Below, piece after piece: positions 9,699 through 19,101 of a stretch of 64,000 nt of DNA. The stretch covers positions 1 through 64,000 of the forward strand of contig JBMORA010000030.1 of NCBI GenBank assembly GCA_049320885.1. The letters are read 5' to 3'. This DNA comes from Thermodesulfobacteriota bacterium (GTDB lineage Bacteria; Desulfobacterota; Desulfobacteria; Desulfobacterales; SURF-7). Below the pieces are notes generated by a model. It had not been told where the DNA came from, did no database searches, and worked only from the letters and a program-made list of their open reading frames with translations. The position numbers and the translations under genes were made by a program. The stretch's first letter is position 1; each line of letters starts with the position of its first letter.

Positions 9699-12491
9699 TC
9701 ACGGGTGCTTCATGTGCAGCACCAGACCGGCCGGCAACGACTCGCCGAACATCTCCGTCTCCTCCTTGGATGCCAAGGGAACGATTTCCCGGAGACATTG
9801 GATCGATTCGGCCGGCGTGTCATGTCGTTCCATCCACTGGCTCAATTGATCAATAAAGGCGGGTTCCAGATCCCTGGCGCGGTCCCCGGTCCGCCGCGCC
9901 ATTTGAATCACCGCCGATAGGACCGGTTTCGGATTTCGCCAGTTCTGTTCCATCAACGTCTGGATCCATGACTTGGCCTCGGCCGGCGGAATGACACGGT
10001 CCACCGGACCGTATAACAATTCCCGCGCGCCCATGCGCGACAAGGCCCAAAACAATTGGGGCTTGGTTTTTTTGGGCTTGATTTCGCCAAGCAGATATCG
10101 GCCCCATCGAATTTTATCCCCGACGAGCAGTCTCTCCAGGTTGGCCACGGCCATCCAGATCTCCAGATGTTGCTGGGTGGGGACTTTTTGCGGCAGTCCT
10201 TTTTTGGGTATCATGGTGGAAGTCAAATCCTGGATAATCTGGCGCTGCTGGCCGGAATTCAATCCGGCGGCCACCCGGCGCCACAGGATCCACCATTCCG
10301 AAATCACTTGCTGGTGCCTGGGAAAGATCGGTCCTTGCTGATATATTTTCCAAAGCTCCCGGATCCGCTGAGCATCATAACTGTCACCGAAGCCGGGCCG
10401 GGCCGTGAAACCAGCCAGATTCAGCCAGCGGCTTTCATGTTCGGGGGAAATCGTCCGCGCGTCTTTGTTCCCGATAAGCAGGTCCGTGATCCTGCGGACA
10501 AACGACAGGGGCCATTTTTCTTTGGGCCTTTCCACCAGCGATGCGATCTCTTTCACCAGGCTGCTGCGGGAGTCGTTCCCCGCGGCCGGTTGAAACGCTC
10601 TTTCGATTTCCCATCCGGCCTGCTTCACTAGCTGTTCATCGAACACCTCCGAATCAGCCACCGGAGAGCCGGAATCCGTTCCCCGGAGTTGGAATTGAAG
10701 ACGCCAGCGGTGACTGCTGGAAAGGGAGCGGCACCAAAGGGCCAGGCTGCCGATTTCGGTATAATCCGCTTCAATTTCCACCGGGATACTGGTTTTCATG
10801 CCCTTTTTCCCGAATTGAACCACGGTTTGGACAGGCGGCAACGCGGTGAGGCTGGTGTCGATTTCCACCAGATCACCGCTCCGGTCGCCGGCTCGATAGC
10901 TTGAACTGTACAGGTCGAAACTCACCGGTTGATTGGCGAGGACCTCGAAGCGCTTGTCCTTCAGGTTGATATGGCTGCCCTCCTCCAGCCCGCGTTCCAC
11001 CAGGCAGACGGCAACCTTCCGGGTTTCTTCTTCGATGATTTCCGGATGGGACGGGGCCGAAATGCCAAGGTAGTACCCCCGGGGACTGCCGCTGCCCACC
11101 CTCACCCCCCTGCCGGTTTTAACCAGTCCATAATAAGAGGCACCCAAGGCCACGGCCAGATCAGGTTCCGGATTTTCAAGCACCCGCGGCAACCCCTCGT
11201 CCGTTACCTGAAACCAATGACGGATGGCTTGACGGATACGGTTCTGGATGACGGCGGGCTTCAATGAACCGCCGTTAAATAGAATGACATCCGGTATGGG
11301 AGGTTTGCCCAGTATTTTTTCCACATCCCGGGCATGATGGTTCAGGAACCAACCAAGATGCCTGGTGATCGCCGGTTCCGACTCAAAGGGCAGGCCGAGC
11401 TCCGAAATTCCTTTCCGAAGAATCGGTTGCTGGTTCGTCCCGGGATCGACAACCGGGAAAAAACCTTCGACTACCGTCGCTTCGAGTTCTTCCCGCCGTA
11501 TTTCGGCGGACAGAATACCGGCGATCAAGCGTCCACCCTCGCCCATCAGGGTGATCCTTTCCGAATCCGTTTGACCCGACAGGATCCGTTCCTTGGCCTG
11601 CCGGCATTGATGGCATAATGCCTTCCATCTGTCGGAGCTGAGGTTCATGTTTTTTTTCCCGGCCTGCTTTTCCACGAGCCGCGCCAGGGCGAAATCGATG
11701 TTATCCCCGCCGAGAATCAGGTGGTCGCCCACAGCGATCCTTTCGAATCGAGGGCTGCCGTCAACATCCCGCAGGGCGATCAACGTAAAATCCGTGGTGC
11801 CGCCCCCCACGTCACAAACCAAAATCAGTTCATTGGGAGCCACGAATTTCATCCATTGGGATTCGTGGCGGATAAGCCAGCTGTAGAATGCCGCCAATGG
11901 TTCTTCCAGCAGCGTCACCTCATGAAAACCGGCCATCTTCGCGGCTTCAAGGGTCAAGTCCCGGGCCACCTCATCGAAGGAGGCCGGAACGGTGATGACC
12001 ACCAGCTGGTTTTCAAGATGCTGCTCTTCATCCCCTCCCCTCCAGCTGTTCCAGGCTTTCCGTATATGCCCCAGAAAGGCGGCGGTGGCCGCCACCGGCG
12101 ACACCTTGAAAATTTCCTCACCGGAACCCCATGGAAGGATCTTGGCCCTCCGGTCCACGTTCCCGTGGCACAGCCAGCTCTTGGATGACGAAACCAGTCT
12201 TGCCGGCACCTTGGCGCCGTGCTCACGGGCGAAGAAACCGACAAACGAGTCCGGTTCCGGTTCCCAGGGAATGGAAATAGCGGAGGATGAAATGTCATAC
12301 GGTCCCGGAAGATAAAGAAAGGAAGGCAGAATCGTCCGTTGGGCGAATTCTCCCGGACCCGTCAGTTGGGGAATACGAAAAATTTTAATTTCCGGACGGT
12401 TTTGGTCATTCCGGAGATCGGCATAGGAAACCGCTGAATTGGTGGTTCCCAGATCGATGCCGACAATAAATGGTTTATCGTCATGCGCCAA
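9699..12491 (-). CDS. Atypical Hsp70-family protein with long helical C-terminal domain (DUF3731-type)
   Basis: GIDLGTTNS, TVPASFD, LLEEPLAA, DVGGGTTD, LILGGDNID, FNGG, VALGA; ~280-aa Trp-rich C-terminal extension ending FGESLPAGL; probable TTG start at 12491 overlapping the upstream stop. Confidence 0.85.
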   Translation of the reverse strand: MAHDDKPFIVGIDLGTTNSAVSYADLRNDQNRPEIKIFRIPQLTGPGEFAQRTILPSFLYLPGPYDISSSAISIPWEPEPDSFVGFFAREHGAKVPARLVSSSKSWLCHGNVDRRAKILPWGSGEEIFKVSPVAATAAFLGHIRKAWNSWRGGDEEQHLENQLVVITVPASFDEVARDLTLEAAKMAGFHEVTLLEEPLAAFYSWLIRHESQWMKFVAPNELILVCDVGGGTTDFTLIALRDVDGSPRFERIAVGDHLILGGDNIDFALARLVEKQAGKKNMNLSSDRWKALCHQCRQAKERILSGQTDSERITLMGEGGRLIAGILSAEIRREELEATVVEGFFPVVDPGTNQQPILRKGISELGLPFESEPAITRHLGWFLNHHARDVEKILGKPPIPDVILFNGGSLKPAVIQNRIRQAIRHWFQVTDEGLPRVLENPEPDLAVALGASYYGLVKTGRGVRVGSGSPRGYYLGISAPSHPEIIEEETRKVAVCLVERGLEEGSHINLKDKRFEVLANQPVSFDLYSSSYRAGDRSGDLVEIDTSLTALPPVQTVVQFGKKGMKTSIPVEIEADYTEIGSLALWCRSLSSSHRWRLQFQLRGTDSGSPVADSEVFDEQLVKQAGWEIERAFQPAAGNDSRSSLVKEIASLVERPKEKWPLSFVRRITDLLIGNKDARTISPEHESRWLNLAGFTARPGFGDSYDAQRIRELWKIYQQGPIFPRHQQVISEWWILWRRVAAGLNSGQQRQIIQDLTSTMIPKKGLPQKVPTQQHLEIWMAVANLERLLVGDKIRWGRYLLGEIKPKKTKPQLFWALSRMGARELLYGPVDRVIPPAEAKSWIQTLMEQNWRNPKPVLSAVIQMARRTGDRARDLEPAFIDQLSQWMERHDTPAESIQCLREIVPLASKEETEMFGESLPAGLVLHMKHP

Positions 12492-14301
12492 AAGATTTTT
12501 TCTCCCGCACACTGAATTCCAGTTTCCACCGCTGCCCATCCAGCTTTGACACGCAGAAAAATTCAAGGCTGCCGATTTCGGTGATCTTGATCTCAACGAA
12601 CACCGGTATGGTTTGCCCTGGTTCGCCCTTCAGAACCGCTTCCGTGCCGGCCATTTCTACGATTTCATCCTCTTCCCAGGTTTCCACGATTTGTCCCAGA
12701 CGATCCTCCTGGCGGCTGGAAGAGCTCAGGATATCGAATTTCACCGGCTCACCCACCACCAGGACGAATTCCTGTTTTTCCAGGACGGCCTCCGTGCCCT
12801 CCTCCATTCCAAAAGGTGCCACGCACAAGGCCTTGATGGGCGGGGGCATACCCGGAACGGCCGGCATGGCCGCAGCGATACCGATATAATACGTTTTCCC
12901 GAGACCCCCGCGAATCCGGATACCGTTGCCCTGCCGGACCAAACCGTAATAAGCCGCTCCCCGGGCAACCGATAGATCATGATCGGCGGCTTCGATGATC
13001 CGCATGGGGCCGTAAACGGATGGATCGCCGCCGCTCCAGGTGGCAACCGTATTCCGAATCCGATCGCGGATAAGCCGGGCCTTCATTACCCCGCCATTGA
13101 ACAGAATGGCCGTGGGCTTCAGACCATCCCTGGTGGAATGCTGCTGAATGAATTTGGCCAGATGCCGGGTGATCCCCGGATCCGCTTCATAGGCAAGACC
13201 GACTTCCTGCAGACCGGTGCGTTGGGCGTATTGCGGGAAATCGGTGGCCTTGCATGAGGGGAAGAAACCTTCCAGAATCGTATCGGCAACCATTTCAGGA
13301 GTCAGCAGGGCCTTGAGGGTGCCGCCGATCAGGCTGCTTCCCCTGCCGAGAATCGTAATCGGGTATTCACCGGAAACGCCGCCGGAAAGGATTTCCTCCT
13401 TGGCCTTGCGACAGCTTTGACACAAACTCCGCATCTGCCAGGCATCCAGCCGGATGCCCTTTGGTTTCAACTGAGCGGAAAGCGCATAGGCCAACGCCAA
13501 ATCCATGTTGTCTCCGCCCACCAGCAAATGATCTCCCACGGCGATTCTTTCCAACCCAAGATCACCCTGCTCTTCCGTTACACTGATCAAACTGAAGTCG
13601 CTGGTGCCGCCGCCGACATCGCAAACCAGTATCAGATCCCCGGGATGGATTTTTTCCCGCCACTCATCTCCGCTGGATTCAATCCAGGCATAAAAAGCCG
13701 CCTGGGGTTCCTCCAACAGAGTGATATTCAAGAGACCCGCGGCCTCTGCGGCCTTGACGGTCAGTTCCCGGGCCACGGCATCAAATGACGCCGGAACGGT
13801 CAGAAAAACCGTCTGATTCTCGAGACAGCGGGAAGGAGTGCCGGCCCCCATGATATGGTTCCAGGCATCACGGATATGCCGTAGAATCATGGCGGAAGCG
13901 TCCACCGGCGAGATTTTAACGATGTCCTCCGGGGCATTCCAAGGCAAAATCGGGCTCTTGCGGTCCACATGTTCCTGGCAAAGCCAGGATTTGGCTGAGG
14001 AGATCAACCGCTCGGGAATTTCCGCGCCGCGGGTCTTGGCGTATTCCCCCACCGGGTTGCGGTTATTCTCCTCCCAGGGAAGGGCGAAGGCATTGCCCCG
14101 GGATTCATGGGCGGAGGGCATGACGATAAAGGAAGGCAGCATATTCCGTCTTTCCAGATTCCCCGGAGCAACCAATTGCGGTATATCGAAAACGCGAATG
14201 TTTGGTTTCACGCCCTTCGGGATATTCGCTTCCGTGTAGGCGATGATGCTGTTCGTCGTGCCCAGGTCGATGCCGACGATGAATTCAGTTGGTGTTGTCA
14301 T
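12481..14301 (-). CDS. Atypical Hsp70-family protein
   Basis: GIDLGTTNS, SAKSWL, TVPASFD, LLEEPQAA, DVGGGTSD, GGDNMD, FNGG, VARGAA; no recognisable DnaK helical lid. Confidence 0.88.
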   Translation of the reverse strand: MTTPTEFIVGIDLGTTNSIIAYTEANIPKGVKPNIRVFDIPQLVAPGNLERRNMLPSFIVMPSAHESRGNAFALPWEENNRNPVGEYAKTRGAEIPERLISSAKSWLCQEHVDRKSPILPWNAPEDIVKISPVDASAMILRHIRDAWNHIMGAGTPSRCLENQTVFLTVPASFDAVARELTVKAAEAAGLLNITLLEEPQAAFYAWIESSGDEWREKIHPGDLILVCDVGGGTSDFSLISVTEEQGDLGLERIAVGDHLLVGGDNMDLALAYALSAQLKPKGIRLDAWQMRSLCQSCRKAKEEILSGGVSGEYPITILGRGSSLIGGTLKALLTPEMVADTILEGFFPSCKATDFPQYAQRTGLQEVGLAYEADPGITRHLAKFIQQHSTRDGLKPTAILFNGGVMKARLIRDRIRNTVATWSGGDPSVYGPMRIIEAADHDLSVARGAAYYGLVRQGNGIRIRGGLGKTYYIGIAAAMPAVPGMPPPIKALCVAPFGMEEGTEAVLEKQEFVLVVGEPVKFDILSSSSRQEDRLGQIVETWEEDEIVEMAGTEAVLKGEPGQTIPVFVEIKITEIGSLEFFCVSKLDGQRWKLEFSVREKKSFGA

Positions 14302-14366
14302 CGGGCCTCATCTGTTGTTCTTCCGGTTCTCTATTCTTTTTCGCCCCATTGTGGTGGTCTCCTGGA

Positions 14367-15131
14367 TCAGGCGATCTCGACTTCAGCCGGTGCGATAATG
14401 CGATACCCTTCTCCCGGGGCCAGGGTCGGCAATTCAATATCGGAGGCCATCCAGCCCCGGTGACGCAACACTCCCTTAAAAGGCGGTTCGCCGGTAACAT
14501 TGCCGGTCAATTTAATGGCATTGGGATTGAAACTCGCCGGCACGGTCACTTCATCGCCCTCATTATACTCCATGACGGCGGAAAAGCTCACATATTTCCG
14601 CAGAGCCTGCTTGCAGTTTTCATGAATGCTGCGGACGGCTGCGCCAATCTGCTGATCATCATACAGCCCCAAATTTTCCGAGAAAAAATCCACCAGCCGC
14701 CCCTCGCGCTGCAATACGGAGAGAAGGTGTAAAAAAAGACGCGAATCCGTTTCGAGTTTGACTCGCGGGTCCATGATCGGACCTTTTTCCGATTGGCCGT
14801 CCACCGGGGAAAGCCTGGCGGAACCTTTTGTCTTGGAAAGATTGACAAGGGAGGCCCGCAGGAAAAGCCAGAGGAAAAAAGCCGCGGATGCGAACACAAC
14901 GGCGGATATGGGAACAAAATACATCCGCAATTGCTTTTGAAGCATGGCGATGTTTTGACTCAGCCCGACGATGATGCTGACGTCCGCTCCTGTTCTGCCG
15001 GTCACGGTAATATTGCTGAACATGGCATCCATGCCATAATAAAAAGACAAATCCACCAACAGCAACAGCAGGGACATCACCAGAACGATGATGAGCAACA
15101 TACGGCGCGAGTATCCGGCAACCAATTCCAT
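14367..15131 (-). CDS. DUF2760-type membrane-anchored protein
   Basis: Two hydrophobic N-terminal segments, then LLSVLQREGRLVDFF, IGAAVRSIH, LTGNVTGEPPFKGVLRHRGW, PAEVEI; directly upstream of the two Hsp70-like genes. Confidence 0.8.
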   Translation of the reverse strand: MELVAGYSRRMLLIIVLVMSLLLLLVDLSFYYGMDAMFSNITVTGRTGADVSIIVGLSQNIAMLQKQLRMYFVPISAVVFASAAFFLWLFLRASLVNLSKTKGSARLSPVDGQSEKGPIMDPRVKLETDSRLFLHLLSVLQREGRLVDFFSENLGLYDDQQIGAAVRSIHENCKQALRKYVSFSAVMEYNEGDEVTVPASFNPNAIKLTGNVTGEPPFKGVLRHRGWMASDIELPTLAPGEGYRIIAPAEVEIA

Positions 15132-15387
15132 GTCAGCATCTCCTTTATCGGTAACGATTGGGTTCGGTTCGAATGTTTCGACAGGCAAACAAACGCAAAA
15201 TGTAAGAGCTTCGCGGCCCCCTGTCAAGAAACATTTCTGGTCTGATAATTTGCCGATGAAATTCTTCCCCCACCCTTTCCGACCGTCGATTTTTGCCTTG
15301 TTCTTGGAAAGCGGCTATGATATTTTTTTACGATTGATGATTCGGATAGCGGATGGAATCCGTCTGTATTAGAAAAATGCCGGGGGA

Positions 15388-15591
15388 ATGGAACCGTTGC
15401 AATACAAATTGGGAATGACGATCAAAAGAGACAAATTCGATTTTGAAATCGGTTACCTCAAAAAAAGTCCCTGCCGGGAATGCGACAAGCGACAATCCTT
15501 TCCTGCCTGCGCCGATGATTGCACTCCCCTGAGCATGATCCAGGCCATGTTGGCTCAAGGCATATCCTGTTTCCGGTCTGCCGCTGATTAG
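15388..15591 (+). CDS. Small cysteine-rich hypothetical protein
   Basis: 67-aa ORF in an otherwise empty gap, with Cx2Cx8Cx3C plus a fifth Cys; alternative start at 15415. Confidence 0.6.
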   Translation: MEPLQYKLGMTIKRDKFDFEIGYLKKSPCRECDKRQSFPACADDCTPLSMIQAMLAQGISCFRSAAD

Positions 15592-15643
15592 AAGCAGCGG
15601 CTTCACCCCCCCCCCGAACCCGATCTTTTCTAATCGAACAACA

Positions 15644-16531
15644 TTATCGGTTCTCCGCTGCAAACAAGCGCCGGATCAGCCGGTCGAGACCGTCCTGCCA
15701 CGGTTTGTTGATGATCCCGAATGTTTCTTCAATCCGATGGCAATCCAGCACGGAATAGCGGGGGCGTCTTGCCGGGGTCGGATATTCCTCGGTGGTGATG
15801 GGCTCGAGCGTATGAACTTTCAAATCGGTGTGTTCTTTTGCCAGCCGAACGATTTCCCTGGTGAAACCGTACCAGGTCGTCTCGCCCCGTCCGCAATAAT
15901 GATAGGTCCCCCAGGCATCTGTCTTGCCGGACAAGATATCCCGGACTATTTTCAGGATCGCTTCGGCCAGATCGAATGCAAAGGTCGGACATCCATGCTG
16001 GTCATTCACGACCCGCAGGGTCTCTTTTTCCCGGCACAGGCGCAGCATGGTTTTTACGAAATTCTGACCATGTTCACCGCACAGCCAGGCGGTCCGCACA
16101 ATCACATGTCTTTTCAAACCCGCCCTGACGGCTGCCTCTCCGGCTGATTTGCTTTTTCCGTACACCCCCATGGGGGCCACGGGATCCGATTCCCGGTAAG
16201 GCGCCTGTCTGGTTCCATCAAACACGTAATCCGTGGAAATGTGAATCAGCGGAATGTGGTGCCGGGCGCAGGCAACGGACAGATACTCCGGTCCGGCATG
16301 ATTGACCGCAAAGGCCAGCTCCCGCTCCGATTCCGCCCTATCCACAGCGGTATATGCCGCGGCGTTGACAACCAGATTCGTATCGCCGGTGATCCACTCC
16401 ACCACCGAATCCGGACGGGTGATATCGATATCCGGAAAATCAACGGCCCTCAGGGGTAAACCCATCAAGTTTCCCTGCCGGACGAGTTCCCATCCCAATT
16501 GGCCGTTGGAGCCGATGATCAAGGTCTTCAT
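15644..16531 (-). CDS. rfbD: dTDP-4-dehydrorhamnose reductase
   Basis: GSNGQLG, NAAAYTAVD, HISTDYVFDG, YGKSK, DQHGCPT. Confidence 0.97.
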   Translation of the reverse strand: MKTLIIGSNGQLGWELVRQGNLMGLPLRAVDFPDIDITRPDSVVEWITGDTNLVVNAAAYTAVDRAESERELAFAVNHAGPEYLSVACARHHIPLIHISTDYVFDGTRQAPYRESDPVAPMGVYGKSKSAGEAAVRAGLKRHVIVRTAWLCGEHGQNFVKTMLRLCREKETLRVVNDQHGCPTFAFDLAEAILKIVRDILSGKTDAWGTYHYCGRGETTWYGFTREIVRLAKEHTDLKVHTLEPITTEEYPTPARRPRYSVLDCHRIEETFGIINKPWQDGLDRLIRRLFAAENR

Positions 16532-17091
16532 TCAATACCTTCACGGGATGGCAGAAAAGCGGTTTCAATGTCCCTCAGTAAACCGTATTGTTGATCCTTA
16601 TCGGACAAGAGGGGTGTAGACAAGGGCCATTCGATGGCCAGATCCGGATCATTCCAGATAATGCCCCGTTCGGTTTCAGGTGAGTAAAAATCACTGCATT
16701 TGTACGTGAAAACAGCGGACTCGCTCAGCACGGCAAAACCGTGGGCAAACCCTTCGGGAATAAACAACTGGCGTTTGTTTTCCCCGCTCAAACAGACCCC
16801 CACCCATTCGCCGAAGGTCGGGGAGCCACGCCGGATGTCCACGGCCACATCCCAGATTTCGCCCTGGAAAACCTGAACCAGTTTTGCCTGGGATTGGGGA
16901 TACTGGTAATGGAGACCGCGCAGGGTGTTGGCCACGGAGAAAGAAAGGTTGTCCTGGACAAAGTGAGCCTGAATCCCGTGATCGCGATAACGGCTTTGAT
17001 GATACGTCTCCATGAAAAACCCCCGCGGATCGGAAAACACGCGCGGTTCGATCACCAGGACTCCCTCCAGTTTCACTGTTTCAACTTTCAT
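16528..17091 (-). CDS. rfbC: dTDP-4-dehydrorhamnose 3,5-epimerase
   Basis: [41 protein letters not shown]. Confidence 0.97.
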   Translation of the reverse strand: MKVETVKLEGVLVIEPRVFSDPRGFFMETYHQSRYRDHGIQAHFVQDNLSFSVANTLRGLHYQYPQSQAKLVQVFQGEIWDVAVDIRRGSPTFGEWVGVCLSGENKRQLFIPEGFAHGFAVLSESAVFTYKCSDFYSPETERGIIWNDPDLAIEWPLSTPLLSDKDQQYGLLRDIETAFLPSREGIE

Positions 17092-17969
17092 CTGCCGGCG
17101 CTTTCATAGGCGAGCATGTTGATCAAGTATTGTCCGTACTCTGTTTTCAACATCGGCTGGGCCAGTCGGCGCACCTGTTCCGCATCGATGTATTTCATTT
17201 TGTAGGCGATCTCGTCGACACAGGCGACTTTCAGTCCCTGCCTGTTTTCAATGGTTTCAATGAAATTGGATGCCTGCATCAGGCTTTCGTGGGTGCCGGT
17301 GTCCAGCCAGGCGATTCCGCGCCCCAGTTTTTCCACAAACAAGATGTTTTTTTCTAGATAGGTCCGGTTCACATCCGTGATTTCCAGTTCCCCGCGGCCG
17401 GAAGGTTTCAGTCCGGCGGCGATATCCAGCACCTGATTGTCATAGAAATACAAACCGGTGACCGCCCAGTTGGATTTCGGGTCCGCCGGTTTTTCTTCGA
17501 TATGGATTGCCTGCCCATTCTGGTTAAACGTAACCACTCCGTAGCGTTGGGGATTTCGAACCCAGTAGCCGAACACCTTGGCTCCCTGCTGGAGTTTGGA
17601 AGCCCGTTGTATTTGCTGGGTCAGTCCTTGACCGTAAAAGATATTATCCCCCAGGATCAGGCAGACGGAATCAGTGCCGACGAATTGTTTTCCAATGGTG
17701 AACGCCTGGGCCAGGCCTTCGGGTTTTTCCTGAACCGCATAGCTGAACGAGATGCCCCACTGGGACCCGTCGCCCAGCAGGGCCTGAAACAGCGGCAGGT
17801 CATTGGGGGTTGAAATGATTAAAATATCCCGCAGCCCCGCCAGCATCAGAACCGAAAGCGGATAGTAGATCATCGGTTTGTCATAAATCGGCAGCAGCTG
17901 CTTGCTGACCACTCTGGTAATCGGATACAATCGGGTACCGGATCCCCCGGCAAGGATGATTCCTTTCAT
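17088..17969 (-). CDS. rfbA: Glucose-1-phosphate thymidylyltransferase
   Basis: [41 protein letters not shown]. Confidence 0.98.
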   Translation of the reverse strand: MKGIILAGGSGTRLYPITRVVSKQLLPIYDKPMIYYPLSVLMLAGLRDILIISTPNDLPLFQALLGDGSQWGISFSYAVQEKPEGLAQAFTIGKQFVGTDSVCLILGDNIFYGQGLTQQIQRASKLQQGAKVFGYWVRNPQRYGVVTFNQNGQAIHIEEKPADPKSNWAVTGLYFYDNQVLDIAAGLKPSGRGELEITDVNRTYLEKNILFVEKLGRGIAWLDTGTHESLMQASNFIETIENRQGLKVACVDEIAYKMKYIDAEQVRRLAQPMLKTEYGQYLINMLAYESAGR

Positions 17970-17984
17970 CGTGCGACGATCCTT

Positions 17985-19070
17985 TCATTCGCCTTTATCG
18001 CGGCGGGTATAATTCGCCTCGATCCATTCACGGTATTTGCCGCTGCGCACCGAATCGACCCAATCCATGTGCGTCAGATACCATTCAACGGTTTGCTTGA
18101 TGCCGTCTTCAAAACCGAATTGCGGCGTCCAGCCCAGCTCCGTCCTGATTTTTGTTGCGTCGATGGCATAGCGGCGGTCATGCCCGGGGCGGTCCGCCAC
18201 CAACCGGATCAGCTGCCTGCTGTCCTCTTGGCCTCGATTCAGACGCTTGTCCAGCAATCGGCAGAGGGTATGGACGATTTCCAGATTCCGATATTCGGCG
18301 GAACCGCCGATGTTGTAAGTTTCACCGGCACGGCCGTTTTCAAAAACCCGGATCAATGCCTCGCAATGGTCTTCCACAAACAGCCAGTCCCGGATATTGC
18401 CCCCGTCGCCATAGACCGGCAGGGTCTTTCTTTCGATGATATGCAATATCATCAGCGGGATCAATTTTTCCGGGAATTGATAGGGGCCGTAATTGTTGGA
18501 ACAGTTCGTCACCAAGACCGGCAGTCCATAGGTTCGATGATAGGCTTTCACCAGATGGTCGGACCCTGCCTTTGAGGCGGAATAGGGACTCGAGGGATCA
18601 TAGGGGGTCGTTTCCGTAAAAAATCCATCCTCCCCCAGACTGCCATAGACTTCATCCGTGGAGACATGCAGAAACCGGAAGTCCGGGTCTTGCCTTTTTT
18701 TCCATATCGCCAGGCTTGCCTCCAGCAAGCGGAACGTACCCAGCACATTGGTTTCCACGAAGGCCTCCGGCCCTAAAATGGAGCGATCCACATGGGATTC
18801 GGCCGCGAAATGGAAAACGCCGTCGAACAATTCTTTTTGGAAAAAAGCGTCCAGAAACTCCCGATGACGGATATCTTCCTGAAAGAAACGATAGCGTTCG
18901 GCCGCGTCCCCGGAAAGATCGGACAGATTCGACGGGTTACCGGCATACGTGAGCGCATCGAGATTATAAATGAGCCAGTCCGGCCTCTTCCGGAGAGCAT
19001 ACCGGATGAAATTGGTTCCAATGAAGCCGGCGCCGCCGGTGACCAGTATTTTTTTCAGGGGGGGGTTCAT
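17985..19070 (-). CDS. rfbB: dTDP-glucose 4,6-dehydratase
   Basis: TGGAGFIG, AAESHVDRS, HVSTDEVYG, PYSASKA, DRPGHDRRY. Confidence 0.98.
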   Translation of the reverse strand: MNPPLKKILVTGGAGFIGTNFIRYALRKRPDWLIYNLDALTYAGNPSNLSDLSGDAAERYRFFQEDIRHREFLDAFFQKELFDGVFHFAAESHVDRSILGPEAFVETNVLGTFRLLEASLAIWKKRQDPDFRFLHVSTDEVYGSLGEDGFFTETTPYDPSSPYSASKAGSDHLVKAYHRTYGLPVLVTNCSNNYGPYQFPEKLIPLMILHIIERKTLPVYGDGGNIRDWLFVEDHCEALIRVFENGRAGETYNIGGSAEYRNLEIVHTLCRLLDKRLNRGQEDSRQLIRLVADRPGHDRRYAIDATKIRTELGWTPQFGFEDGIKQTVEWYLTHMDWVDSVRSGKYREWIEANYTRRDKGE

Positions 19071-19101
19071 GATTTGCTTCGCCGCCGTATGGGTTATGGT
19101 T

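Noticed and set aside
9699..14301. Calling either Hsp70-like gene dnaK or hscA
   Set aside because: No canonical substrate-binding domain or lid, and no dnaJ/grpE or isc context
15606..15615. C10 homopolymer as a phase-variation tract
   Set aside because: Lies between two convergent stop codons, so slippage would change neither a reading frame nor a promoter
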